UHGV virus genome: UHGV-0117537
From: a virus
Strand: one strand, 5' to 3'
DNA: 34,981 nt
In this document: positions 26,263-34,981 of the stretch, one piece after another
How the letters are laid out: each line of letters opens with the position of its first letter
How positions within the stretch are numbered: position 1 is the first letter of the stretch
Made by a program: the position numbers and the translations under genes
The notes under the pieces: generated by a model
What the model was told of the DNA's origin: nothing
The model's input: only the letters and a program-made list of their open reading frames with translations
Database searches by the model: none

Positions 26263-26836
26263 CGTCCGGCGCTGTGCTGGTATCTGTTGCCGTCACCACG
26301 TCAATGTAATCCAGCACAGTGTTAAGGCGGGTTGTTTCTGCCTGCGTCAGCTTCCGTCCGGCCTGTAATTTCAGTTGAATCAGACTGATGGAGGCCATTG
26401 CAGTATCAATCAGCGACTGGCGCTGTGCTTCTGCTGCATCTACTGCTGCGCCGTGCTGTGCCTCAGTATCGGTCACCCATTTCTCACCATCCCATTTATC
26501 GTATGGCGTTAACGGGGCGATAGTGGTTGTATTTTCAGGGTAATCACCCGGAGTTGTGATTTCTTTGGCTTCTCCCGTTTCGGTGTTATAGACGATTTCA
26601 CCGCGATGGTCTGGCACATATTCCCATGAGTTAAAATCTGCAGAACGGCAGATAGCATAACCAGCCTTATATGTGCCTGGTGAATCTAAACAGGAATATG
26701 CCGGGATACCAACACCAACGGCAAGATATTCATTTGAAGTGGAAATATATTCCCGTATTTCACCATCATAGTTATAGACGGTAATATTCCCTGCCTTCGT
26801 GGCAATAATCTCGCTATTTAATACAGCGTTATCCAT
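26234..26836 (-). CDS. Alternative tail fibre assembly chaperone (Tfa'), inverted orientation
   Basis: 200 aa on opposite strand; C-terminus TAPDVIWPELPEA parallels the Tfa C-terminus on + strand. Confidence 0.7.
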   Translation of the reverse strand: MDNAVLNSEIIATKAGNITVYNYDGEIREYISTSNEYLAVGVGIPAYSCLDSPGTYKAGYAICRSADFNSWEYVPDHRGEIVYNTETGEAKEITTPGDYPENTTTIAPLTPYDKWDGEKWVTDTEAQHGAAVDAAEAQRQSLIDTAMASISLIQLKLQAGRKLTQAETTRLNTVLDYIDVVTATDTSTAPDVIWPELPEA

Positions 26837-27329
26837 TATGCAGCCCTCACAATATAATTAAAGGCAATGTTACGTGGGCGGTTCTCATTTGCGGTTGGGA
26901 CAACGGCTGAAGCATTAAAATTCGCATACAGGGAGCGTTGATACCCGGATGCTGATGCACCACTTAATGCGGGAGCTTTTGACTCCGAAGCCGAAAAGGC
27001 CCCTGACACGTATCCTAATAACCCTTGTGAATCGCCAATTGAACTGTAGCCAACCACCCCGGTAATGTTTCGGATAGCATCTCCTTGTGCTGAAAGCAGA
27101 GTTCGCCCACTATCCACTCCCTTTCCACCATCCCAGCCACGAATAAACTCACCGCGTAAATCAGGCAATTTTAACGTCGGGTAAGCCTTTGCCAGATTAG
27201 GGTAATCTTCAGCAGAAAAAGCCGCACCGTTGCATTTCAGCCAGCCTGTTGGCGGTGTGGCTGAAGGCCATGGAACAGGCACACCAACAGGCAGCGCAGA
27301 GCCTTCCCCTAAACCAACGTTTAAGAAAA
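26836..27329 (-). CDS. Alternative tail fibre C-terminal (variable) segment, promoterless until inversion
   Basis: Minus-strand ORF 26836-27357; shares LGLGE junction (FLNVGLGEGSALP) with H at the crossover site; the 5' end of the ORF upstream of the site is not expected to be translated. Confidence 0.6.
27304..27329. repeat. Hix/gix-like recombination site (right boundary of invertible segment), inverted relative to 25473-25498
   Basis: ttcccctaaacc-aa-cgtttaagaaaa; its reverse complement (..ggtttaggggaa) matches the right half of the site in H (ggtttgggagaa). Confidence 0.55.
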
Positions 27330-27384
27330 TGCAGAGAAAATGGCTAACTGGCATCATCCCCGGTTTTTATTCAGGGGATTGATC

Positions 27385-27951
27385 ATGCTTATTGGCTATG
27401 TACGCGTGTCAACAAATGACCAGAACACCGATTTGCAACGTAATGCACTGAACTGTGCGGGATGTGAGCGGATTTTTGAGGACAAAATCAGTGGCACTAA
27501 GTCCGACAGACCGGGACTGAAAAAACTGCTCAGGATACTATCGGCAGGAGACACGCTGGTTGTCTGGAAGCTGGACAGGTTGGGGCGCAGTATGCGGCAT
27601 CTTGTTACGCTGATAGAAGAGTTACGCCAGCGTGGTGTGAATTTCAGAAGCCTGACTGACAGTATTGATACCAGTACCCCAATGGGCCGTTTCTTTTTTC
27701 ATGTCATGGGTGCCCTGGCTGAAATGGAACGCGAACTGATAGTTGAACGTACCAGGGCAGGGCTGGCTGCAGCTCGTGCCAAAGGCAGAGTAGGTGGACG
27801 CCGTCCTAAGTTGACCACCGAACAGTGGGCACAGATTGGGCGTTTACTCGAGGCCGGAGAATCAAGACAGCGTATTGCACTGATTTTTGATGTAGGCGTT
27901 TCTACCATTTATAGAAAATTTCCGGCAAATAAGATCAATGAATCCCCCTGA
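27385..27951 (+). CDS. Serine recombinase, DNA invertase of the Hin/Gin/Pin/Cin family
   Basis: 188 aa from internal ATG of ORF 27340-27951; N-terminal catalytic motif MLIGYVRVSTNDQNTDLQ with active-site serine, C-terminal HTH. Confidence 0.9.
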   Translation: MLIGYVRVSTNDQNTDLQRNALNCAGCERIFEDKISGTKSDRPGLKKLLRILSAGDTLVVWKLDRLGRSMRHLVTLIEELRQRGVNFRSLTDSIDTSTPMGRFFFHVMGALAEMERELIVERTRAGLAAARAKGRVGGRRPKLTTEQWAQIGRLLEAGESRQRIALIFDVGVSTIYRKFPANKINESP

Positions 27952-27999
27952 ATCAGCATTATGTTGATTATCCCTGCAAGCAGACAAATACCGTTATTT

Positions 28000-28017
28000 T
28001 GTGTGAATAACGACACA
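28000..28017. promoter_or_regulatory. Late-promoter activator site TGT-N12-ACA upstream of FI (P_F-like)
   Basis: tgtgtgaataacgacaca about 75 bp upstream of the sheath gene start. Confidence 0.5.
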
Positions 28018-28093
28018 ACTGCGCTTAGCTGTTTGTCAGGCACAATCACTTCAACATAGGGCGAAGCCTAATCCAATCAGGAGGTTCGCCACT

Positions 28094-29266
28094 ATGGCTC
28101 AGGATTACCACCACGGGGTGCGCGTTGTTGAAGTCAACGAAGGCACCCGATCTATTACCACGGTGAGCACCGCCATCGTGGGTATGGTCTGCACGGGCGA
28201 TGATGCCGATGCAAAAATGTTTCCTCTTAATAAACCCGTGCTGATCACTGATGTGCTGACTGCCAGCGGTAAAGCGGGTGAGTCAGGTACTCTGGCCCGT
28301 TCGCTGGATGCCATCGCTGACCAGGCAAAACCCGTGACCATTGTTGTGCGTGTGCCGCAGGGTGAAACGGAAGACGAAACCACGACCAATATCATCGGCG
28401 CAGTGACTGCTGAAGGTAAAAAAACAGGTATGAAAGCCCTGTTATCTGCCCAGTCACAGCTCGGCGTTAAACCGCGCATTCTCGGCGTGCCAGGCCACGA
28501 CACCAAGGCGGTAGCTACTGAGTTGCTGAGCGTGGCGCAAAGCCTGCGTGGATTTGCTTACCTGTCAGCGTATGGCTGCAAGACAGTGCAGGAGGCGATC
28601 ACTTACCGCGAAAACTTCAGCCAGCGCGAAGGGATGCTGATCTGGCCTGACTTTACTGGCTGGGACACGGTGCTGAATGCCGAAGCAACGGCATATGCCA
28701 CCGCCCGTGCGCTTGGTCTGCGCGCCAAAATTGACGAGCAGACCGGATGGCACAAAAGCCTGTCCAACGTGGGCGTGAACGGTGTCACCGGAATTTCTGC
28801 AGATGTGTTCTGGGATCTGCAGGACCCGGCAACCGATGCAGGTCTGCTGAACCAGAACGACGTCACCACGCTTGTGCGTAAAGACGGTTTCCGCTTCTGG
28901 GGTTCCCGCTGCCTGAGTGATGACCCGCTCTTTGCCTTCGAAAACTACACCCGCACGGCGCAGGTGCTGATGGACACGATGGCAGAAGCACACATGTGGG
29001 CGGTGGATAAACCGCTTAACCCGTCGCTGGCCCGCGACATTATCGAAGGTATCCGCGCCAAAATGCGCAGCCTGGTCAGTCAGGGCTATCTCATTGGTGG
29101 TGATTGCTGGCTGGATGAGTCGGTGAACGACAAAGACACGCTGAAAGCCGGAAAACTCACCATCGACTACGACTACACGCCAGTGCCGCCACTTGAAAAC
29201 CTGATGCTGCGTCAGCGCATCACCGATCAGTACCTGGTTAATTTCGCCAGCCAGGTCAGCGCGTAA
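28094..29266 (+). CDS. FI: Tail sheath protein (P2 gpFI-like)
   Basis: 390 aa, N-terminus [11 protein letters not shown]; size matches P2 FI. Confidence 0.93.
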   Translation: MAQDYHHGVRVVEVNEGTRSITTVSTAIVGMVCTGDDADAKMFPLNKPVLITDVLTASGKAGESGTLARSLDAIADQAKPVTIVVRVPQGETEDETTTNIIGAVTAEGKKTGMKALLSAQSQLGVKPRILGVPGHDTKAVATELLSVAQSLRGFAYLSAYGCKTVQEAITYRENFSQREGMLIWPDFTGWDTVLNAEATAYATARALGLRAKIDEQTGWHKSLSNVGVNGVTGISADVFWDLQDPATDAGLLNQNDVTTLVRKDGFRFWGSRCLSDDPLFAFENYTRTAQVLMDTMAEAHMWAVDKPLNPSLARDIIEGIRAKMRSLVSQGYLIGGDCWLDESVNDKDTLKAGKLTIDYDYTPVPPLENLMLRQRITDQYLVNFASQVSA

Positions 29267-29275
29267 GGGGACAAC

Positions 29276-29791
29276 ATGGCTTTACCACGCAAATTAAAAC
29301 ACCTGAACCTGTTTAACGACGGGAACAACTGGCAGGGGATCGTTGAGTCGCTGACGCTGCCGAAATTCACCCGCAAATATGAGAAGTATCGCGGCGGCGG
29401 AATGCCGGGTGCGGTGGATGTGGATCTGGGGCTTGATGACAGTGCGCTGGACACAGAATTTTCCATTGGTGGTACTGAATTGCTGCTGTTTAAACAGATG
29501 GGTAAAGCCACGGTGGATGGCATCCAGCTGCGCTTTACCGGCTCTATTCAGCGTGACGATACCGGGGAAGTGCAGGCCGTGGAGCTTGTCGTGCGTGGAC
29601 GTCACAAAGAAGTGGATTCCGGCGAGTGGAAGACGGGCGAAAGCAACACCACCAAAGTGACCAGTACCAACAGCTACGCGAAGCTGACCATCAATGGTGA
29701 GGTGCTCTATGAAGTGGACCTTATCAACATGGTGGAAATTGTGGACGGTGTGGACCTGATGGAAGCGCACCGCAACGCCCTCGGCCTCTGA
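29276..29791 (+). CDS. FII: Tail tube protein (P2 gpFII-like)
   Basis: 171 aa, directly after sheath gene. Confidence 0.93.
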   Translation: MALPRKLKHLNLFNDGNNWQGIVESLTLPKFTRKYEKYRGGGMPGAVDVDLGLDDSALDTEFSIGGTELLLFKQMGKATVDGIQLRFTGSIQRDDTGEVQAVELVVRGRHKEVDSGEWKTGESNTTKVTSTNSYAKLTINGEVLYEVDLINMVEIVDGVDLMEAHRNALGL

Positions 29792-29845
29792 TATATCTGA
29801 ACGGCGCGGGATACCGCGCCAGAACCCAATTGACAGGACAGCAAA

Positions 29846-30148
29846 ATGAGCGATAAGCAGACTGAAAAGACCATTCAACTGGATACCCCCATCAAGCGCG
29901 GTAAAACAGAAATCACCGAAATTGTGCTGCGTAAACCGCAGTCCGGTGCGCTGCGCGGTACACGCCTGCAGGCCATTATGGATATGGATGTAAACGCGAT
30001 GATGACCGTGATCCCCCGCATCTCCAGTCCGGCACTGACTGCACAGGAAATTGCAGAGATGGACCCGGCAGATCTCACTGCCATGTCGGTTGAGGTTGTC
30101 ACTTTTTTGTTGAAGAAGTCGGTGCTTGCCGGTTTACCGACAGCCTGA
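29846..30148 (+). CDS. E: Tail assembly chaperone (P2 gpE-like)
   Basis: 100 aa between tube and tape measure genes. Confidence 0.82.
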   Translation: MSDKQTEKTIQLDTPIKRGKTEITEIVLRKPQSGALRGTRLQAIMDMDVNAMMTVIPRISSPALTAQEIAEMDPADLTAMSVEVVTFLLKKSVLAGLPTA

Positions 30149-30282
30149 CGGTTGACGATCTGGTGGCAGATATCGCCACCATTTTTCACTGGCCGCCATC
30201 CGTTACTGACGTTATGCCGCTGACCGAAGTGCTGGAATGGCGGTATAAAGCGATTCAGAGAAGCGGGGCCAACGATGAGTGA
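29846..30282 (+). CDS. Tail assembly chaperone E+E' made by programmed -1 frameshift at ttttttg (about 30103-30109)
   Basis: Slippery heptamer inside E; the -1 frame stays open to TGA at 30280-30282, overlapping the T start, as in P2 E/E' and lambda G/GT. Confidence 0.55.
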
Positions 30283-33200
30283 TAACAACCTGCGTCTGCA
30301 GGTCATTCTTAATGCGGTTGACAAGCTCACCCGCCCATTTCGATCTGCGCAGGCCAGTTCAAGAGAACTGGCTGCTGCTGTCAAAAAATCCCGCGATGCA
30401 ATAAAGCAGCTTGATCAGGCCGGGAGCAGTCTGGACAGCTTCCGAAAGCTGCAGGCAGAAAATCAGAAATTAGGCGACAGGCTGAACTATGCCCGCCAGC
30501 GTGCAAATTTGCTCAGTCAGGAACTGGGAGCGATGGGGCCGCCTTCGCAACGTCAGGTTGTTGCTCTGGGCCGTCAACGGCTGGCTGTTCAGCGCCTGGA
30601 AGAACGCCAGAAAAAGCTGCAGCAGCAGACGGCGCTTGTGCGTGCTGAACTGTACCGGGCGGGAATTTCTGCGAAAGACGATGCGGGAGCAACTGCCCGT
30701 TTAGCCCGTGAAACATCACGTTATAACCAGGAACTTTCGAAACAGGAGGCGCGGCTGAAGCGACTGGGGGAAGCTCAGCGCAGGATGAATGCAGCGCGTG
30801 CCAGTTATGCCCGTTCGCTGGAGGTGCGTGATCGTATTGCAGGTGCCGGAGCCACCACCACGGCTGCAGGGCTGGCAATGGGTGCGCCAGTGATGGCGGC
30901 AGTAAAAAGCTATACCAGCATGGAAGATGCTATGAAAGGTGTGGCAAAGCAGGTCAATGGTCTGCGTGACGATAATGGCAACCGCACTGCACGTTTTTAT
31001 GAAATGCAGGATGCCATCAAGGCTGCCAGCGAACAGTTGCCGATGGAAAACGGTGCGGTGGACTTCGCTGCACTGGTTGAAGGTGGTGCGCGCATGAACG
31101 TCGCAAACCCTGACGACAGCTGGGAAGATCAGAAACGTGACCTGCTGGCCTTCGCCAGTACGGCAGCAAAGGCGGCAACAGCCTTTGAGCTGCCAGCGGA
31201 TGAACTGTCAGAAAGTCTGGGGAAAATCGCCCAGCTCTACAAAATCCCCACCCGCAATATTGAACAGCTCGGTGATGCGCTGAACTATCTGGATGATAAC
31301 GCCATGTCGAAAGGGGCAGACATCATTGATGTGATGCAACGTCTGGGCGGTGTGGCTGACCGTCTGGATTATCGTAAAGCGGCGGCGCTGGGTTCCACCT
31401 TCCTGACACTGGGCGCTGCGCCAGAGGTTGCAGCCAGTGCAGCAAACGCGATGGTGCGTGAATTGTCCATTGCCACCATGCAAAGCAAGAGTTTCTTTGA
31501 AGGGATGAATCTGCTGAAACTCAATCCTGAAGTGATTGAAAAGCAGATGACGAAGGATGCGATGGGAACCATCCAGCGCGTGCTGGAGAAGGTAAACGCG
31601 CTGCCGCAGGACAAGCGCCTGTCTGCCATGACTATGTTGTTTGGTAAAGAGTTTGGCGATGACGCGGCGAAACTGGCAAACAACCTGCCGGAACTGCAGC
31701 GTCAGTTAAAACTGACAGCGGGCAATGATGCGCTTGGCTCCATGCAGAAAGAATCCGACATTAACAAGGATTCACTTTCTGCGCAGTGGTTGCTGGTCAA
31801 AACCGGAGCGCAGAACACCTTCAGCAGCCTGGGCGAAACGCTGCGCCAGCCGCTGATGGATATTCTGTACACGGTGAAAAGCGTCACGGGGGCGTTGCGT
31901 CGCTGGGTGGAAGCTAACCCGGAACTGACAGGCACACTGATGAAAGCATCGGCTGTTGTGGCTGCGGTTACCGTCGGCCTCGGCACCTTAGCGGTGGCGC
32001 TGGCTGCAGTGCTGGGGCCGCTGGCAGTGATCCGTCTGGGATTCTCTGTGTTGGGTATCAAAACGTTATCTTCCGTTACGGCAGCAGTAACTCGAACCAG
32101 CAGCGCGTTGTCCTGGCTGGCTGGCGCACCACTGGCACTGCTGCGACGCGGGCTTGCTTCATCGGGCAACGCCGCAGGTTTACTTACTGCGCCGTTGTCG
32201 TCTTTGCGCCGCACGGCATCACTGACGGGAAATGTCCTGAAAACTGTAGCAGGTGCGCCGGTTGCACTTTTGCGGTCTGGATTATCCGGTTTACGTGCTG
32301 TTGCTGTGATGTTTATGAATCCTCTGGCGGTACTGCGCGGTGGACTGGCCGCCGCAGGCACGGTGCTGCGAGTACTGGCATCTGGTCCACTGGCGATGCT
32401 GCGCGTTGCCCTGTATGCCATATCTGGTCTGTTAGGTGCTCTGCTCAGTCCGATAGGTCTTGTGGTTACTGCACTGGCGGGCGTGGCGCTGGTTGTCTGG
32501 AAATACTGGCAACCCATCACCGCATTTCTCGGTGGCGTGGTGGAAGGATTCAAAGCGGCGGCAGGTCCCATCAGTGCAGCGTTCGAACCGCTTAAGCCCG
32601 TGTTCCAGTGGATTGGCGACAAAGTGCAGGCGCTGTGGGGCTGGTTTACTGATCTGCTGACGCCCGTTAAGTCGACCTCTGCCGAACTGCAGAGCGCAGC
32701 GGCAATGGGGCGGCGATTCGGGGAGGCACTGGCGGAAGGGCTGAATATGGTCATGCATCCGCTGGACTCCCTGAAATCCGGCGTTTCCTGGTTGCTGGAG
32801 AAGCTCGGCATTGTCAGTAAAGAGGCCGCAAAGGCAAAACTGCCGGAAAGCGTGACGCGTCAGCAACCTGCGACGGTGAATGCAGACGGTAAAGTGATGA
32901 TGCCATCGGGTGGTTTTCCATCATGGGGATATGGCTTTGCGGGGATGTATGACAGCGGCGGCTATATCCCGCGCGGGCAGTTTGGCATCGTCGGTGAAAA
33001 CGGGCCGGAAATTGTTAACGGCCCGGCAAATGTGACCAGCCGGAGAAATACAGCTGCACTGGCTGCCGTTGTTGCCGGAATGATGGGCGTTGCTGCCGCG
33101 CCAGCAGAGCTTCCACCGTTGCACCCCTTGGCACTTCCCGCGAAAGGTGGAGAAGCAATTGTGAGTCGCGCAGCCACTGTGCCACTCGTTCAACGGATTG

Positions 33201-33352
33201 AGACACCGACGCAGATCATCATTCAGACGCAGCCAGGACAAAGTGCGCAGGATATTGCGCGGGAGGTGGCACGCCAGCTTGATGAACGTGAACGCAGGCT
33301 GAAGGCAAAAGCCAGGAGTAACTACAGCGATCAGGGGGGATACGACGCATGA
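30275..33352 (+). CDS. T: Tail tape measure protein (P2 gpT-like)
   Basis: 1025 aa; coiled-coil N-terminal part, Ala/Leu/Gly-rich repeated hydrophobic segment, position after E/E'. Confidence 0.9.
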   Translation: MSDNNLRLQVILNAVDKLTRPFRSAQASSRELAAAVKKSRDAIKQLDQAGSSLDSFRKLQAENQKLGDRLNYARQRANLLSQELGAMGPPSQRQVVALGRQRLAVQRLEERQKKLQQQTALVRAELYRAGISAKDDAGATARLARETSRYNQELSKQEARLKRLGEAQRRMNAARASYARSLEVRDRIAGAGATTTAAGLAMGAPVMAAVKSYTSMEDAMKGVAKQVNGLRDDNGNRTARFYEMQDAIKAASEQLPMENGAVDFAALVEGGARMNVANPDDSWEDQKRDLLAFASTAAKAATAFELPADELSESLGKIAQLYKIPTRNIEQLGDALNYLDDNAMSKGADIIDVMQRLGGVADRLDYRKAAALGSTFLTLGAAPEVAASAANAMVRELSIATMQSKSFFEGMNLLKLNPEVIEKQMTKDAMGTIQRVLEKVNALPQDKRLSAMTMLFGKEFGDDAAKLANNLPELQRQLKLTAGNDALGSMQKESDINKDSLSAQWLLVKTGAQNTFSSLGETLRQPLMDILYTVKSVTGALRRWVEANPELTGTLMKASAVVAAVTVGLGTLAVALAAVLGPLAVIRLGFSVLGIKTLSSVTAAVTRTSSALSWLAGAPLALLRRGLASSGNAAGLLTAPLSSLRRTASLTGNVLKTVAGAPVALLRSGLSGLRAVAVMFMNPLAVLRGGLAAAGTVLRVLASGPLAMLRVALYAISGLLGALLSPIGLVVTALAGVALVVWKYWQPITAFLGGVVEGFKAAAGPISAAFEPLKPVFQWIGDKVQALWGWFTDLLTPVKSTSAELQSAAAMGRRFGEALAEGLNMVMHPLDSLKSGVSWLLEKLGIVSKEAAKAKLPESVTRQQPATVNADGKVMMPSGGFPSWGYGFAGMYDSGGYIPRGQFGIVGENGPEIVNGPANVTSRRNTAALAAVVAGMMGVAAAPAELPPLHPLALPAKGGEAIVSRAATVPLVQRIETPTQIIIQTQPGQSAQDIAREVARQLDERERRLKAKARSNYSDQGGYDA

Positions 33353-33834
33353 TGATGGTGCTGGGATTGTACGTGTTTATGCTGCGCACCGTTCCGTATC
33401 AGGAACTGCAGTATCAACGCAGCTGGCGACATGCGGCAAACAGTCGGGTAAACCGACGTCCGTCCACGCAGTTTCTGGGACCGGAAAACGACATGCTGAC
33501 GCTTTCCGGTGTTCTTATGCCGGAAATAACAGGCGGCAGGCTGTCGTTGCTGGCACTGGAGCAGATGGCAGAACAGGGGAAAGCATGGCCCCTGATTGAA
33601 GGCAGCGGCACGATTTACGGCATGTATGTGATTGAGGGACTGAATCAGACTAAAACGGAGTTTTTCCGCGACGGTATGCCGCGCCGGATTGAGTTCACCC
33701 TGTCGCTCAAACGAGTGGATGAATCCCTGTCCGATATGTTCGGTGATCTCAGTGCGCAACTGAATAATCTGCAGGACACGGCAACGTCTGCCTTAAGCGA
33801 TATCAGTAAAACGGTGGGAGGGCTGCTGTCGTGA
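33349..33834 (+). CDS. U: Tail protein (P2 gpU-like)
   Basis: 161 aa, overlapping T stop. Confidence 0.88.
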   Translation: MMMVLGLYVFMLRTVPYQELQYQRSWRHAANSRVNRRPSTQFLGPENDMLTLSGVLMPEITGGRLSLLALEQMAEQGKAWPLIEGSGTIYGMYVIEGLNQTKTEFFRDGMPRRIEFTLSLKRVDESLSDMFGDLSAQLNNLQDTATSALSDISKTVGGLLS

Positions 33835-34931
33835 ATTTCAGCTCTGAACTGCTTAACAAAGGCAACAAAACTCCCGCATTCAGCATCAGTATTGAGGGCA
33901 GGGATATCACCACTGTGCTGGATAACCGCCTGATGAGTTTGACGCTGACGGATAACCGGGGCTTTGAAGCGGACCAGCTTGATCTGGAGCTGGATGACGC
34001 TGACGGAAAAATCGTGCTGCCGCGCCGTGGTGCGGTTATTACGCTGGCGCTGGGCTGGAAGGGGCAGCCGCTTTTCCCGAAAGGGGCATTCACAGTGGAC
34101 GAGATTGAACACACTGGCGCACCGGACCGCCTGACTATCCGGGCGCGAAGTGCTGATTTTCGGGAAACGCTGAATACCCGCCGTGAAAAATCGTGGCATA
34201 AGACCACCATCGGGGAAGTGGTGAAGGAAATAGCCGCGCGGCACAAGCTGAAGATGGCACTGGGTAAAGACCTGTCGGATAAGCCCGTGGAGCATATAGA
34301 CCAGACTAATGAGAGTGACGGCAGTTTTTTGATGCGGCTGGCGCGCCAGTACGGTGCCATTGCATCGGTGAAAAATGGCAATCTGTTATTCATCCGGCAG
34401 GGACAGGGCAAAAGCGCCACTGGTAAACCACTGCCGGTGATCACTATCACACGCAAGGACGGCGACAGTCACCGCTTTACCCTGGCAGATCGCGGAGCCT
34501 ACACGGGGGTAATTGCCAGCTGGTTGCATACCCGCGAACCCGCGAAGAAAGAAAGCACTACGGTGAAGCGTAAGCGCAGGACTAAGAAGCAGAAGAAAGA
34601 GCCGGAAGCGAAGCAGGGCGATTACCTGGTGGGGACGGATGAAAACGTGCTGGTACTTAATCGCACTTATGCCAACCGGAGCAACGCTGAACGGGCAGCG
34701 AAAATGCAGTGGGAACGCCTGCAACGTGGCGTTGCGTCATTCTCGCTACAACTGGCGGAAGGGCGGGCAGATCTCTACACGGAAATGCCAGTGAAAGTCA
34801 GTGGCTTTAAACAGCCGATAGATGATGCGGAATGGACCATTACGACTCTGACGCATACCGTAAGCCCGGATAATGGTTTTACGACCAGTCTGGAGCTTGA
34901 AGTGAGGATTGATGATTTCGAAATGGAATGA
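33831..34931 (+). CDS. D: Tail protein / late gene D product (P2 gpD-like)
   Basis: 366 aa, last late gene before the expected ogr/attR, which lie beyond the window. Confidence 0.88.
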   Translation: MNFSSELLNKGNKTPAFSISIEGRDITTVLDNRLMSLTLTDNRGFEADQLDLELDDADGKIVLPRRGAVITLALGWKGQPLFPKGAFTVDEIEHTGAPDRLTIRARSADFRETLNTRREKSWHKTTIGEVVKEIAARHKLKMALGKDLSDKPVEHIDQTNESDGSFLMRLARQYGAIASVKNGNLLFIRQGQGKSATGKPLPVITITRKDGDSHRFTLADRGAYTGVIASWLHTREPAKKESTTVKRKRRTKKQKKEPEAKQGDYLVGTDENVLVLNRTYANRSNAERAAKMQWERLQRGVASFSLQLAEGRADLYTEMPVKVSGFKQPIDDAEWTITTLTHTVSPDNGFTTSLELEVRIDDFEME

Positions 34932-34981
34932 TTCTTCGCAATGGAGAACTTTTAAGTTTGCAAAATGGAATAATGCGGTAT

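Larger units (their letters stand above)
587..34981. mobile_element. P2/186-like prophage (left end in window; right end beyond window)
   Basis: Contiguous synteny of int, repressor, replication A, portal Q, terminase P, scaffold O, capsid N, M, L, X, lysis, R, S, V, W, J, I, H, G, FI, FII, E, T, U, D. Confidence 0.9.

Noticed and set aside
31702-32866. Long minus-strand ORFs (369 aa and 144 aa) inside the tape measure gene
   Set aside because: Antisense to a well-supported structural gene in a GC-rich, repeat-rich region; low-complexity Ala/Ser/Pro translation typical of frame artefacts
33645-34456. Two minus-strand ORFs (216 and 217 aa) antisense to U and D
   Set aside because: Overlap each other and the well-supported U and D genes; no independent support
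1-34981. CRISPR arrays
   Set aside because: No regularly spaced direct repeats with unique spacers anywhere in the window; repeats seen are inverted-repeat operators, recombination sites or coding repeats

Overview
Nearly the whole window is a P2/186-like temperate myovirus prophage inserted just downstream of a host TetR-family regulator gene (rcdA/ybjK-like, 50-586), which suggests an Escherichia-type host. The left junction (attL candidate) is at about 587-687; the window ends just after tail gene D, so ogr and attR are not visible. Gene order: int (-), an AT-rich OLD-family ATPase-TOPRIM gene (-), a 186-type CI repressor (-), then rightward Apl/Cox-like, CII-like, small early ORFs, a TraR-like zinc finger, Dam methylase and replication initiator A. 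Next come a LexA box with a Tum/DinI-like module, an acidic orphan ORF, a candidate cos, and an AT-rich DUF262/DUF1524 (GmrSD/BrxU-like) gene. The late region follows: Q and P (-), then O N M L X, lysis genes, R S, V W J I H G, an invertible tail-fibre segment with a Hin/Gin/Pin-family invertase, and FI FII E/E' T U D. Three TGT-N12-ACA late-promoter elements are present. The most interesting content is the two low-GC cargo genes that look like anti-phage defence: the OLD-family ATPase-TOPRIM gene inside the lysogenic cI-int operon, and the type IV restriction-like gene beside the packaging site. All calls are from reading the sequence and the ORF track; no database search was run.
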